The notes beneath the pieces were generated by a model. It saw only the letters and a list, made by a program, of their open reading frames with translations, ran no database searches and had not been told where the DNA came from. From NCBI GenBank assembly GCA_031425255.1, contig JANPIY010000208.1:6955-70954 (forward strand): 64,000 nucleotides of DNA, in the 5' to 3' direction. This stretch comes from Planctomycetota bacterium. GTDB taxonomy: Bacteria; Planctomycetota; UBA11346. Position numbers and translations under genes: made by a program. Shown here in pieces: positions 1-9,078 of this stretch (its first letter is position 1; each line of letters starts with the position of its first letter).

Positions 1-1
1 G

Positions 2-2446
2 GAATCACAGGAACTCGCCAATCTGGTGCCGGAGGATCCCTCCGGCAAACACGACCTCCAGGTGTGTCTCGGTCGCAAACCCCTCGATAAGAACAAGAAC
101 GAATTCGGTGCCGTCGATGGCATGGTCAAACGCTACGACAGCGACCAGCGCACTCGCCAGGTACTCGATGTCGCCCTGCAATTGGAGAAGCTCGGCCGCT
201 CGCTCGGCGTCCATGCCTGCGGCATGATCATCGCCCCAGGGCCGGTGTGGAACTACGTGCCCATCTGCAAGGTGAAGGACAAGGCCGCGACCCAGTTCAA
301 CATGACGCAGATCGAAAAATGCGGCCTGCTGAAGATGGACTTCCTCGGCCTCAAGACCATGTCGATCCTCAAGAAGGCCGCCGACATCGCCAAAGAGACC
401 GAGGGGATCACCATCGATTACGGCACGGTGCCGCTCGCCGATCCCAAGACCTTCGCCATGCTCGGCACCGGCCGCACCCTCGGGGTGTTCCAATGCGAGT
501 CGTCTGGCTTCCAGGAACTCATCAAGCTGCTCAAGCCCGACCGTTTCGAGGATCTCATCGCGCTGGTCGCATTGTACCGCCCAGGCCCGCTGATGGCCGG
601 CATGCATACGCAGTACTGCGATCGCAAACACGGACGCGAGAAGGTCGACTACCCGCACCCGGTGCTTGAAGGGGTGCTGAAGGAGACCTACGGCCTCTAC
701 ATCTATCAGGAACAGGTGATGTCGATCAGCCGCGAGCTCTGCGGTTTCTCCCCGGCTGAAGCCGATGATCTGCGCAAGGCGATGGGCAAGAAGGACATCG
801 AGGTGCTGAAGAAGGTCGAGGACAAGTTCATCGAGGGCGCCTGGTCGACCCATCAGTTCGACCGCAAGAAGTGCAAGGAGATGTGGGAGAAGATCCTGGG
901 CTTCGCCTCGTACTGCTTCAACAAATCCCACTCCGCCTGCTACGGACTGATCGCCTACTGGACCGCGTACATGAAGGCCAACCACTACGCCGCCTTCATG
1001 ACCGCGAACCTGATCTACGAAATGGACAACAAGGACAAGATGACCAAGTTCGTCGAAGAACTGCGGTCGTCCGGCATCCCCGTGTTGCCCCCCGACGTCA
1101 ACGAGTCCGGCTGGGAATTCCGCGTGATCAAGCGGAGGAGTCCCGAAGCTATGTCCTCCGGCACGCCCATCGCCGCAGAAGGCGAGGCGGCGGCTTTCTT
1201 GGAACCCACGACCCCCGCCATCGCGGACCTCCCGGCTGCCGCGCCCGGACCTGTGGAGGAATCCATCCGCTTCGGTTTCGGCGGGGTCAAGGCGATCGGC
1301 GAAGGCGCCGCGCAGACCATCATCGCCGAGCGCAACCAACGCGGACCCTTCCAGAGCCTCTATGATCTCTGCGAACGCATCGACACCCGCACCGTCAACA
1401 AGCGCGTCGTCGAATCGCTGATCAAGGTCGGTGCGCTCGACAGCCTGCATCTCAACCGGCGCTCCCTGTTCGAAACCCAGGACCGCGCCTTCGATCGCGG
1501 CAACCGCCTCACCCGCACGCGGGCGGAGAACCAGCAGACGCTGTTCTCGACCTTCGAAGAGGACGACTCCTTCCGCAACGAGACCCGCGGGTATCCCGAG
1601 GTCCCAGACTGGACGATCAGTGAACGGCTGGGCTTCGAGAAGAGCCTCACTGGTTACTGGATTTCGAGCCATCCGGTCGCGGAGCAGCGCGGTTCCCTCG
1701 CCGCGGTCGCCACCCACACCACCCGCGAACTGGCCGCGCAGGCCAATCAGACCACGGTCGCCATCGCCGCGGTCGTGCTCGACAAGCGCGTCATCCGCAC
1801 CAAAGCCGGCAAGACCATGGCGATCCTGACCCTGGAGGACCAGTACGGGCGCTTCGAAGGGGTACTGTTCCCAGGGCGTGAAGGACGCCGCGGTGAACCG
1901 CAAATCGGTGCCTTCGAAAAATTCGGCCACGATTGTGAACCCGATCTGGTCGCCTTGTTCTGCGGGTCCCTCGAACGCCGTGAGCGTCGGCCGCAACGCC
2001 CGCTGATCGCCGGCGACGAGGGCGGCGATGTGCCCCCGATCGATCTCGAGGAGGCCGGTGAGGCGCAGGTGGAGGTCCTGCCCAACCTCCGCATCAGCGA
2101 TGTCATTCCCGCCGCCCTCGCGGTCGAACGGCTCACCCGCGAGGTGGTCCTGCACGTCGATGCCAGCGCCTTCGGCGACGCAGCGGACCAGGCGCGGTTG
2201 CTGCAGGCCAGCGAGACCACTTTCAAGGAGCACGCCGGCACCCGCCCGGTGAGCATCCTGGTGCACACGCCGCAGGACGTGTTGCTGACCGTGACCCTGG
2301 GTGAACTCTGGCGCGTCCACCCCAGCAATGAGTTGCTGGAGAAGCTGCGGGCGATCTGGGGTACGGGCAATGTGCGGGTGGTCAGTGCTGGCCTGGAGGA
2401 GCTTCAACGTTCCGAGTCGCGTAGCAACCACGCCCGCGCCAGTTGA
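2..2446 (+). CDS. dnaE: DNA polymerase III alpha subunit, C-terminal ~815 aa (5' end outside window)
   Basis: Frame of ORF 26..2446 stays open back to nt 2. Translation has DnaE hallmarks (KMDFLGLKTMSIL, LGVFQCESSGFQEL, ALYRPGP, FNKSHSACYGLIAYWTAYMKANH) followed by an OB-fold/C-terminal tail. Confidence 0.95.
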   Translation, partial: ESQELANLVPEDPSGKHDLQVCLGRKPLDKNKNEFGAVDGMVKRYDSDQRTRQVLDVALQLEKLGRSLGVHACGMIIAPGPVWNYVPICKVKDKAATQFNMTQIEKCGLLKMDFLGLKTMSILKKAADIAKETEGITIDYGTVPLADPKTFAMLGTGRTLGVFQCESSGFQELIKLLKPDRFEDLIALVALYRPGPLMAGMHTQYCDRKHGREKVDYPHPVLEGVLKETYGLYIYQEQVMSISRELCGFSPAEADDLRKAMGKKDIEVLKKVEDKFIEGAWSTHQFDRKKCKEMWEKILGFASYCFNKSHSACYGLIAYWTAYMKANHYAAFMTANLIYEMDNKDKMTKFVEELRSSGIPVLPPDVNESGWEFRVIKRRSPEAMSSGTPIAAEGEAAAFLEPTTPAIADLPAAAPGPVEESIRFGFGGVKAIGEGAAQTIIAERNQRGPFQSLYDLCERIDTRTVNKRVVESLIKVGALDSLHLNRRSLFETQDRAFDRGNRLTRTRAENQQTLFSTFEEDDSFRNETRGYPEVPDWTISERLGFEKSLTGYWISSHPVAEQRGSLAAVATHTTRELAAQANQTTVAIAAVVLDKRVIRTKAGKTMAILTLEDQYGRFEGVLFPGREGRRGEPQIGAFEKFGHDCEPDLVALFCGSLERRERRPQRPLIAGDEGGDVPPIDLEEAGEAQVEVLPNLRISDVIPAALAVERLTREVVLHVDASAFGDAADQARLLQASETTFKEHAGTRPVSILVHTPQDVLLTVTLGELWRVHPSNELLEKLRAIWGTGNVRVVSAGLEELQRSESRSNHARAS

Positions 2447-2474
2447 GCGGCCAGCCGCGGGCCACATAAAAAAA

Positions 2475-2496
2475 GGGCAGGCCGAGTGGCCTGCCC
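2475..2496. terminator. GC-rich hairpin between convergent genes; intrinsic terminator for the minus-strand gene, possibly bidirectional
   Basis: GGGCAGGCC-GAGT-GGCCTGCCC is a perfect 9-bp stem. An A7 run lies immediately 5' on the plus strand, which is a U-run 3' of the hairpin on the minus strand. Confidence 0.7.
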
Positions 2497-2537
2497 CGTG
2501 GGACATGTTCGATCGACCGTGGGGTCTGTTGCGCGGA

Positions 2538-2942
2538 TCAGCGCTTGGCGGCCCCGGCAGTGGCGAAGCACCCCTGTTCGGCGATGACGGTCTTGGCCTT
2601 GGCATCCACGTCGGCGGTGGTGACCAGCCAGCCGGTCACCTTCTGCCCCGGATAGCGCTGCTGGAGCTTGTCGCGCATGTCGAGGAAGGCCTCGCCATCC
2701 TGCGGCGACACCTTGCTGGTGCGGCGCTTGATGTCGACGAACCACACGTCCTTGCGGCCGCGGGCGACGACGATGCGACCGGTGCCTTCGATTCCGAAAT
2801 TCTTGACGGGAACGGCTTCGACGCTCTGGAACACCGGCAACCGGGTCTCAAGTTCGCGATCGACCACGTCTCCGGACAATGGGTGACCGGCACGCAGGAG
2901 GCGAATGATGGCTTCCTCGGTGGCTCGGACGGCAATGCGCAT
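2538..2942 (-). CDS. small hypothetical protein with restriction-endonuclease-like (PD-(D/E)xK / Mrr_cat-like) layout
   Basis: ATG at 2942 is preceded by AGGAG with a 5-nt spacer; the GTG at 2981 was rejected. 'VWFVDIKRR...VSPQDGEAFL...GWLVTTADVDAKAKTVIAEQG' resembles the (D/E)xK core and following helix of Mrr-type nuclease domains. Assigned by eye only. Confidence 0.45.
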   Translation of the reverse strand: MRIAVRATEEAIIRLLRAGHPLSGDVVDRELETRLPVFQSVEAVPVKNFGIEGTGRIVVARGRKDVWFVDIKRRTSKVSPQDGEAFLDMRDKLQQRYPGQKVTGWLVTTADVDAKAKTVIAEQGCFATAGAAKR

Positions 2943-3262
2943 GCTGACTCCTTCTAGGGGTTTAGGCGAGCGTTCTGACACAGATGTCGGCCATTTGCGT
3001 TGGCAAAGAGCCTAGACCCAGGCGCTCAAATTTTGCGCGGCGCAGCCTATCAGATAGGAGCAAAACTCAAGAAGAGAATTCGATTGTCTTCGCTGTGGTC
3101 TGCATAGGTGCCAAGCTGGGTTGTGGTTAGGACGCTCTGATCGGTGGAGGCTCGCCCGCGATCGATTTCATCAGATATCGGCGGATATCCGCTAAGGGTA
3201 TGGCGGATCAGCTCGTTTTTTGCCGCTATCGCCAAGTGAAATGACGTCGAGAAAAAACAGCG

Positions 3263-4537
3263 TCACGGCGCCAGCGGATCGAGCGGGCCGAACAGCGGCC
3301 AGCAGGTATCGGTACGGCGATTCCCGCCGTCACCCCGCCCGTCGGGACCGACGCTGTAGGCGCCGCGCACCACCCCCTCCACCAGGATGGGCCGCATGAT
3401 CCCGCCCGCGGGATCGAACCAGTCGACGGGCCAAGGCTCCTCGCGCAGCACGGCGGCCACCAGCTGCGCCCGCAACCAGAGGCGGATGGTATGGTCGACT
3501 TCCCAGCCCCGCGCCCATTCGTTCAGCGAGTGGCCCACCCATAAGGAGGGCTTGGCCATCTCGGTCCATGGAATGGGACGTGGATAGTCGTACCTGAGCT
3601 TGGCCTCGGCACGGACGGCACGGAGGTCGTTGCGGTGGTCGCGCAGGAACCCCGCCCATTCCAACTCGCGAACGAGAAATCCTCCCCGTCCGCCACGCAT
3701 GACCAGCGAGCCGATGACCGGCCACCGGTAGAAATCGAGCATGGTCAGGCCGGAGCTGCGGATCCGTTCATCCGGATCGTCAAAGAAATCGAGGTGCTTG
3801 ACCAGATCGCCGACCTGCGCGCCCGCCAGTTGGGCGCCAGGGTCATCGACCAGGGTCAGCAGGTGATCGGCATAGTCCCGCCGCAATTCGCGCTCCAGGT
3901 CGGCAAGACGATACAGCAGCACCTGGATGAGTTTGTAGAGCGCGGTCGCGCGCACATCGCGATCCGCCCTCGCGACCGGCGGACTCCGCTGCGCACTCTG
4001 CAGCAGACGCTTCAGGAGGACCGGCAGCTCCTCGCGCGGCGCGCCCAGGGCCTGCAGATGCAGCAGGGACAAGGGACGTATCCCCTCCCCCTGGGTGGCC
4101 ATGGTCAAGTTTTCCTCCAGGATCACCGGCTCATCGCCCAGAGCATCGAGGAGCGTTCCCATCTCGCTCAAGCGTGCGCGTGGCAATGCCGCCATATGTG
4201 CATGGTAGGTTTCCGGGAGTGGCGTCCCGGGAATGCCAAAGTTTTTCGGTATGTTGAAATAAGCGGACATGTTCAGGTCGTTGACGACTACCGCCAGGCG
4301 TTCGCGCAGACGGCAACGCTCCTCGGCTGAGCGTTTGCGTCCCATCTCGCTTCCACTGGTGGGAAATCCGGCCGCCGCGACTTGTTCGCGGACCGCGAGC
4401 AGATCGCCGCGCGAATGTAGCCACAGCGTCAGGGTCAGCACCGCGACCACCACCAGACCGCCGCTCCATTTGGCCAGGAACCACCAACCGCTGCGCCGAC
4501 GTGGCGCCAGACTCGGAGCGACCGCTGGGGTGTTCAT
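3263..4537 (-). CDS. hypothetical membrane-anchored protein (N-terminal TM helix, large extracytoplasmic domain)
   Basis: ORF 3263..4855 trimmed to the ATG at 4537 (MNTPAVAPSL...), which overlaps the trpD stop as ATGA. The hydrophobic segment WWFLAKWSGGLVVVAVLTLTLWL follows the start. No family recognised. Confidence 0.75.
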   Translation of the reverse strand: MNTPAVAPSLAPRRRSGWWFLAKWSGGLVVVAVLTLTLWLHSRGDLLAVREQVAAAGFPTSGSEMGRKRSAEERCRLRERLAVVVNDLNMSAYFNIPKNFGIPGTPLPETYHAHMAALPRARLSEMGTLLDALGDEPVILEENLTMATQGEGIRPLSLLHLQALGAPREELPVLLKRLLQSAQRSPPVARADRDVRATALYKLIQVLLYRLADLERELRRDYADHLLTLVDDPGAQLAGAQVGDLVKHLDFFDDPDERIRSSGLTMLDFYRWPVIGSLVMRGGRGGFLVRELEWAGFLRDHRNDLRAVRAEAKLRYDYPRPIPWTEMAKPSLWVGHSLNEWARGWEVDHTIRLWLRAQLVAAVLREEPWPVDWFDPAGGIMRPILVEGVVRGAYSVGPDGRGDGGNRRTDTCWPLFGPLDPLAP

Positions 4538-5574
4538 CCCCCTGCCAACTCCTTGGCCAGGGTCAGGTGCCGGACGAAGGCGGTCTTGGCCTTGCCGCTG
4601 GCGATCAGCTCCTTGGCGTGGTCGAAGCCCACGCTGTCGGACAGCACCTTGCGATCGTGCCAGCAATCGAGCGCCGCGCCGGCATTGGCGCAGACCATGT
4701 CGAGCAGCGGGCCACGTTCCTCGCCCGACAGCATGCGATGGAAGGTCGCGGCGTTGGCGATCGAATCGCCGCATGGCAGATGGGCATGATCCAGCCCATG
4801 CTGATGGATGCGTTCGACGATGACGTGGTGGATCTTGCCACCACGGATATCCCACACGTGGGTCGGACCGGTGATGCTGACCTCGTCGATCCCAGGATGA
4901 CCGCGCACCACCAGAGCGCGTTCGCTGCCTAAGCGCTGGATGGCGTCAGCGACCACGTGGGCCGTGCTCTCGTCGGTGACCCCGATGATCTGCCTGCGCG
5001 GGCGGCACGGATTGGCCAAGGGACCGGCAAGGTTGAAGACCGTGCGCCTGACCCGGCCGGCAGCGAGTTTGCGCGCCGGTGCCACGGCCGCGACCGCCGG
5101 ATGCACGGCCCGGGCGAAGAGGAAACAGACGCCGGTCTCGGCCTGGAGCTTGATGAGCTGGGTCACCGGCAGTTGGAAGGGCACACCCAACGTCTCGAGC
5201 AGATCGAAGCTGCCATTGGGCGCCTTGCTGCCCTTGTTGCCATGTTTGATCACCGGGATGCCGGCGGCAGCCAGGACGAAGGCGGCGGTGGTGGAGACGT
5301 TGTAACGTCCCAGACCGCTGCCGCCGGTGCCGCACAGATCCATGCCACCCGGAATGGGCACCGCGACCGCCTTGGCCAGCAGGCACTCGACCACGGTCGC
5401 CAGTTCGCTGCCGGTCTCACCACGTTCGCTCCAGGCGACCAGGATCTCGGCACCGCGCTCGGGTGTCAGGCTGCCGTCCATGAGGTGATGCATGACGACC
5501 TGGGTCTGCGCCGGCGTCATGCCATCGGCAGAACGCACCAGGGCCACCAGGCTGGGGAACGATGAAGTGGTCAT
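4534..5574 (-). CDS. trpD: anthranilate phosphoribosyltransferase family protein (TrpD-like, divergent motifs)
   Basis: ORF 4534..6186 trimmed to the ATG at 5574 (MTTSSFPSLV), because the upstream part overlaps folA in another frame. Motifs seen: CGTGGSG, NVSTTAAFVLAAAGIPVIKHGN, FLFARAVHPA, RTVFNLAGPLANP, GIDEVS. Confidence 0.8.
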   Translation of the reverse strand: MTTSSFPSLVALVRSADGMTPAQTQVVMHHLMDGSLTPERGAEILVAWSERGETGSELATVVECLLAKAVAVPIPGGMDLCGTGGSGLGRYNVSTTAAFVLAAAGIPVIKHGNKGSKAPNGSFDLLETLGVPFQLPVTQLIKLQAETGVCFLFARAVHPAVAAVAPARKLAAGRVRRTVFNLAGPLANPCRPRRQIIGVTDESTAHVVADAIQRLGSERALVVRGHPGIDEVSITGPTHVWDIRGGKIHHVIVERIHQHGLDHAHLPCGDSIANAATFHRMLSGEERGPLLDMVCANAGAALDCWHDRKVLSDSVGFDHAKELIASGKAKTAFVRHLTLAKELAGG

Positions 5575-5624
5575 GCTGATCTCCGGACGCACGACCGTAG
5601 TCCGGGACCAGGGCGCGCAACACT

Positions 5625-6122
5625 TCAGTGAATGAGGTGGTCGATGCGGTCGAGGCGGTCGAGCGTGCGGAATAGCAGCATGCCACTGAGCCGGCGTTCT
5701 CGTTCCTGCCACCGAGCTTCGTCGAAGAGCGGGAAGAACGCATCCCCTTCGCAGTCGCGTTCGACCACCGTCAGGTACATGGTGGTGACCTGGGGCAAGG
5801 CGAGGGTGTAGAGCTCTCCGCCACCGATGATGAAGGGATCGGGGTCGCTGGCGCGGGCTGCGCGGATGGCGACATCGAGGTCGGTGAAAACCTCGAACCC
5901 AGGAAGCACCAGCTCGTGCTGTCGCGTGACGACCAGATTGCGGCGCCTCGGCAACGGTCTGAACTTCAACGACTCGGCCGTCTTGCGGCCCATGATCACG
6001 GCATGGCCAGAGGTGGTATGCTTGAAATGCGCGAGGTCTTCCGGTTCGTGCCATGGCAGGTCGCCACGGTTGCCGATGACGCGATTGCGCGACATCGCGG
6101 CGATCAGCGAGAGCGGGAGCAT
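5625..6122 (-). CDS. folA: dihydrofolate reductase
   Basis: The start MLPLSLIAAMSRNRVIGNRGDLPW matches the canonical DHFR N-terminus. VIMGRKTAESL and FIIGGGELY are present. The upstream 19 codons of the ORF lie in a heptamer repeat and were rejected. Confidence 0.9.
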   Translation of the reverse strand: MLPLSLIAAMSRNRVIGNRGDLPWHEPEDLAHFKHTTSGHAVIMGRKTAESLKFRPLPRRRNLVVTRQHELVLPGFEVFTDLDVAIRAARASDPDPFIIGGGELYTLALPQVTTMYLTVVERDCEGDAFFPLFDEARWQERERRLSGMLLFRTLDRLDRIDHLIH

Positions 6123-6129
6123 CAGGTAG

Positions 6130-6198
6130 GTCCGATGTCCGATGTCCGTTGTCCAATGTCCCGTCGCCATACGAGACATCGGACATCAGACATCGGAC
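6130..6198. repeat. inverted tandem-heptamer element, family 1 (GTCCGAT)n...(ATCGGAC)n
   Basis: 6130..6153 pairs with 6175..6198 (24 positions, 2 mismatches, ~21-nt loop). The arms are runs of GTCCGAT / ATCGGAC units. It lies between the thyA stop and the folA start. Confidence 0.9.
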
Positions 6199-6210
6199 TG
6201 GTAGTGGACA

Positions 6211-7053
6211 TCATACTGCCACCGCCGCCTTGATCCCCGGATGTGGATCGTAGCCGCTAAGGGTGAAGTCCTCGAAGCGGAAGGCGAAGAGGTCCATCAC
6301 TGCGGGGTTCAGCGTCATGGTCGGCGGCGGGCGGACTTCGCGTGAGAGCTGCAGCTTGGCCTGCTCGACATGATTGGAGTAGAGGTGCGCGTCGCCCAGG
6401 GTGTGGACGAACTCGCCGGGTTTCAGGCCGCAGACCTGGGCGATCATCAGCGTCAGCAGGCTGTAGCTCGCGATGTTGAAGGGGACACCCAGGAAGATGT
6501 CGGCGCTGCGCTGGTAGAGCTGGCAGCTCAGACGGCCGTCCTGGACGTAGAACTGGAACAAGGTGTGGCAGGGTGGCAGGGCGACCTGGGCCTGCTCCTC
6601 GGGATTCCAGCCGGTGATGATCAGGCGACGGCTGTTGGGGTTGCTGCGGATCTCATTGAGCAGCCATTGCAGCTGATCGACTCCGTCCTTGGCGTAGGTG
6701 CCATCGGGGAGCCTGGTCGCGCCGAAATTGCGCCACTGGTGGCCGTACACCGGCCCGAGGTCGCCCTCGGCGCGGCCGAAGCGCGCGCACTGCGGTGCGG
6801 TCGCCCATTCGTCCCAGATGCTGACACCCCGTTCTTTCAGCCACTGGTTGTCGGTGCGCCCGGCAAGGAACCACAGCAGTTCGATGATGATCGAGCGGGT
6901 GTGCAGCTTCTTGGTCGTCAGCAGCGGGAAGCCGGCGCTGAGATCGAAGCGCATCTGATGCCCGAACACCCCGCGGGTGCCGGTGCCGGTGCGGTCCGGA
7001 CGATCGCTGCCGTGAGCGAGGACGTGTTGCAGGAGGTCGAGGTAGGTACGCAC
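6211..7053 (-). CDS. thyA: thymidylate synthase
   Basis: [12 protein letters not shown]...DRTGTGT...FGHQMRFDL...FPLLTTKK...[11 protein letters not shown]...[15 protein letters not shown] are full-length ThyA signatures. Confidence 0.97.
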   Translation of the reverse strand: MRTYLDLLQHVLAHGSDRPDRTGTGTRGVFGHQMRFDLSAGFPLLTTKKLHTRSIIIELLWFLAGRTDNQWLKERGVSIWDEWATAPQCARFGRAEGDLGPVYGHQWRNFGATRLPDGTYAKDGVDQLQWLLNEIRSNPNSRRLIITGWNPEEQAQVALPPCHTLFQFYVQDGRLSCQLYQRSADIFLGVPFNIASYSLLTLMIAQVCGLKPGEFVHTLGDAHLYSNHVEQAKLQLSREVRPPPTMTLNPAVMDLFAFRFEDFTLSGYDPHPGIKAAVAV

Positions 7054-7062
7054 GGCGGGGTT

Positions 7063-9078
7063 CTAGCTGGCCCGTTCGACGGCGGAAGAGCCGGCGGCCG
7101 CAGGGCCGACCGGCAGCCGGCGAGGCACCGCGCGGATGGCAGCGCGCAGTCGCGACAACCCGGCGGTAGCCTCGGGCGGGCCATAGCGCATCTGTTCGTA
7201 GACCGCGCCCACGGCGCGGATGGGTGCCGCCATGGTCGGCAAGGCGATGGCCGCGCGGGTGGTGAAATCGCGGGGACCTTCGCTGGGGTGGCGCGCCACG
7301 CCGAGGCGCGCCAGCTGCTGGCAGAAATGGGCGTAGGCCTCGGCGAGCGGATCGGACGTCCGCCGCCGTGGATTCCGCCGCGACCACAGGGCGAACCATC
7401 CCGCCACCACGGCAAGCGTGACGATGATCAGTGCCAGCAGCAGCCAGTTGCCGAAACGCTCCAGGCCCAGCGCAGTCAACCATTCATCCTGCCGGGTCCC
7501 GTCCATGCCCATGACGCTGGTTTCCCATTTGGCGTCGGCGAAGGCCAGCCATTGATTGGTGCGCGCATACGGGCCGCGCAACCACTCCGGCAACCAGGAC
7601 GGACTGCGATCCGCCGCCGAGAGCGCATCGCCACTGGCGGCCCGCTGTACCGCCGGCTGGGTCTCGCCCGCCGCTGGTGGGATGCCGGCAGTGGGATCGA
7701 CGCGGTGCCAGCCGTCCTGCTCGTACACTTCGCACCAGGCATGCGCGTGTTCGTAACGCACCAGCAGGAAGTCGCCGAAGGGGTTGAGTTCGCCACCGCG
7801 GAAACCCACCACCACGCGCGCCGGCACGCCAGCGATGCGCATCACCAGGGCGAAGGAGGTGGCGTAGTGGGCGCAGAATCCGCTGCGCTTCTCGAACAGG
7901 AAATCGGCGACCTGATCTCCCGCCATGGTTCCCGGGGCGAGCGAATAGGTGAAGCCATTGGCCTTGAACCACGCCACTCCGCGAGCAGCGATAGCCTGCG
8001 CATCCGGCGCGCCGGTGCGCCACTCCTGCGCCAGACGGCGCACCCTGGGATCGATCTCACGTGGCAACGCGCTGCCGATGCCCTCGGCATCGCTGGGCAA
8101 TTCTCCTGGGCGGGAGGTCACGCGGTAACGCAGCACCTGCGTGGGAGTGCCGCCCCGCACCAGGCAACGGTTGAGCGCCAGCCGGGTCCGTTCCGGAGCC
8201 TGTTCCGCGACGTCGAGGGCGAACAGCCAGCGTTGATTGATCGGCTGCAGGGTGACGTCCTGCACCACCGGCTTCAGCCCGGGAACCCGCGGCGCCGGCG
8301 GTTCGGCATAGGCGAGGGTCCGGTTCGATACCCGCCAGGTCGCGCCACTCGCACCCTCGGTTTCGCTGAGGACCAATCCGCGCCAATACAGTTGTTCCGG
8401 GCGATCATGGTTGGGGAACTCCACGCGCATGACCACCTCGTCGCTCAGCGCCATGCGCGCGACGTCGCCTGGGGTGAGCTTGTCGGCGAAGCCGCTGGTG
8501 GCCTGGCCGCCCAGATTGGGAAAGTTGACCTGCAGCCGTGGGAACAGCACGAACAACGCCGCCGCCAGCGGCAGGCCCTGCAGCACCAGGCGCAGGCCCA
8601 GGGCGAAACTGCTGCGCGGGCCGTGTTCGAGGTGGTAGCTCGCCAGAGCGACAGTGATCATGCCCAGGGTGGCGATGGCGTAGAGGCAGGTGAACATCGA
8701 CTGCCGGTCGAAGAGCAGCACCGCCACCAGGAAATAACACAGCACGCAGGCGATGAGGAAGTCGCGGCGCGCTTTCAACTCCAGCAATTTGCTCCACAGC
8801 AGGGCGACGAACAACGGCGTCGCCGCACTGAGACCGAAGCCGAGATTGCCGGTGGCCAGCAGCAGGATGCCGGCGATCAGCACCAGCAGCAGGCGCACCG
8901 GCAAGGCCGGCACCACCACCAGCCCGCGGTGCTCGGTCACCAGGCGCCAGGTCGCGAGGACGATGATGATGAGCGTTAGCCATGGCGGCAGCACCCCGAC
9001 AAATGGCAACGTGGCCATCGCCATCGCCACCACCAGCCACGCGACGCGGGCGAAACCATGCGGCTCGGCGCCGCTCAC
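7063..9078 (-). CDS. transglutaminase-like membrane protein (TgpA-type: N-terminal multi-TM DUF3488-like region plus transglutaminase core)
   Basis: N-terminal polytopic segment. Core motifs GFCAHYATSF (Cys), HAWCEVY (His), WHRVDPT (Asp). The GTG start overlaps the DUF58 stop (GTGA). Confidence 0.85.
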   Translation of the reverse strand: MSGAEPHGFARVAWLVVAMAMATLPFVGVLPPWLTLIIIVLATWRLVTEHRGLVVVPALPVRLLLVLIAGILLLATGNLGFGLSAATPLFVALLWSKLLELKARRDFLIACVLCYFLVAVLLFDRQSMFTCLYAIATLGMITVALASYHLEHGPRSSFALGLRLVLQGLPLAAALFVLFPRLQVNFPNLGGQATSGFADKLTPGDVARMALSDEVVMRVEFPNHDRPEQLYWRGLVLSETEGASGATWRVSNRTLAYAEPPAPRVPGLKPVVQDVTLQPINQRWLFALDVAEQAPERTRLALNRCLVRGGTPTQVLRYRVTSRPGELPSDAEGIGSALPREIDPRVRRLAQEWRTGAPDAQAIAARGVAWFKANGFTYSLAPGTMAGDQVADFLFEKRSGFCAHYATSFALVMRIAGVPARVVVGFRGGELNPFGDFLLVRYEHAHAWCEVYEQDGWHRVDPTAGIPPAAGETQPAVQRAASGDALSAADRSPSWLPEWLRGPYARTNQWLAFADAKWETSVMGMDGTRQDEWLTALGLERFGNWLLLALIIVTLAVVAGWFALWSRRNPRRRTSDPLAEAYAHFCQQLARLGVARHPSEGPRDFTTRAAIALPTMAAPIRAVGAVYEQMRYGPPEATAGLSRLRAAIRAVPRRLPVGPAAAGSSAVERAS

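Noticed and set aside
5-2605. 866-aa minus-strand ORF covering the dnaE region
   Set aside because: It is antisense to an unmistakable DnaE reading frame. The composition (Arg/Gly/Ala/His/Asp-rich, no motifs) is typical of shadow ORFs in high-GC DNA, and it runs through the terminator hairpin.
3050-3235. 61-codon minus-strand ORF in the low-GC spacer
   Set aside because: It has only a TTG start, no SD and no recognisable motif. Not reported as a gene, though the spacer itself is flagged.
4538-6186. 5' extensions of ORFs 3263..4855 and 4534..6186 (also 26730..28883, 28429..29322, 37889..40636, 29285..31234, 56012..57109)
   Set aside because: The extensions overlap the neighbouring upstream gene in another frame. 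Internal ATGs give canonical N-termini, signal peptides, SD sequences and 4-nt start/stop overlaps.
6130-6198. Heptamer arrays (also 10075, 25060, 41599, 45690) considered as CRISPR or as coding repeats (TSDIGHRTSDIG peptides)
   Set aside because: The period is 7 nt with no spacers, so they are not CRISPR. The recurring peptides appear in several frames and strands and in ORFs that overlap real genes, so they are translation artefacts, except for the stretch inside the DUF1501 N-terminus.
6370-8979. 869-aa plus-strand ORF
   Set aside because: It is antisense to thyA and the TgpA-like gene, both of which have clear family motifs. Shadow ORF.
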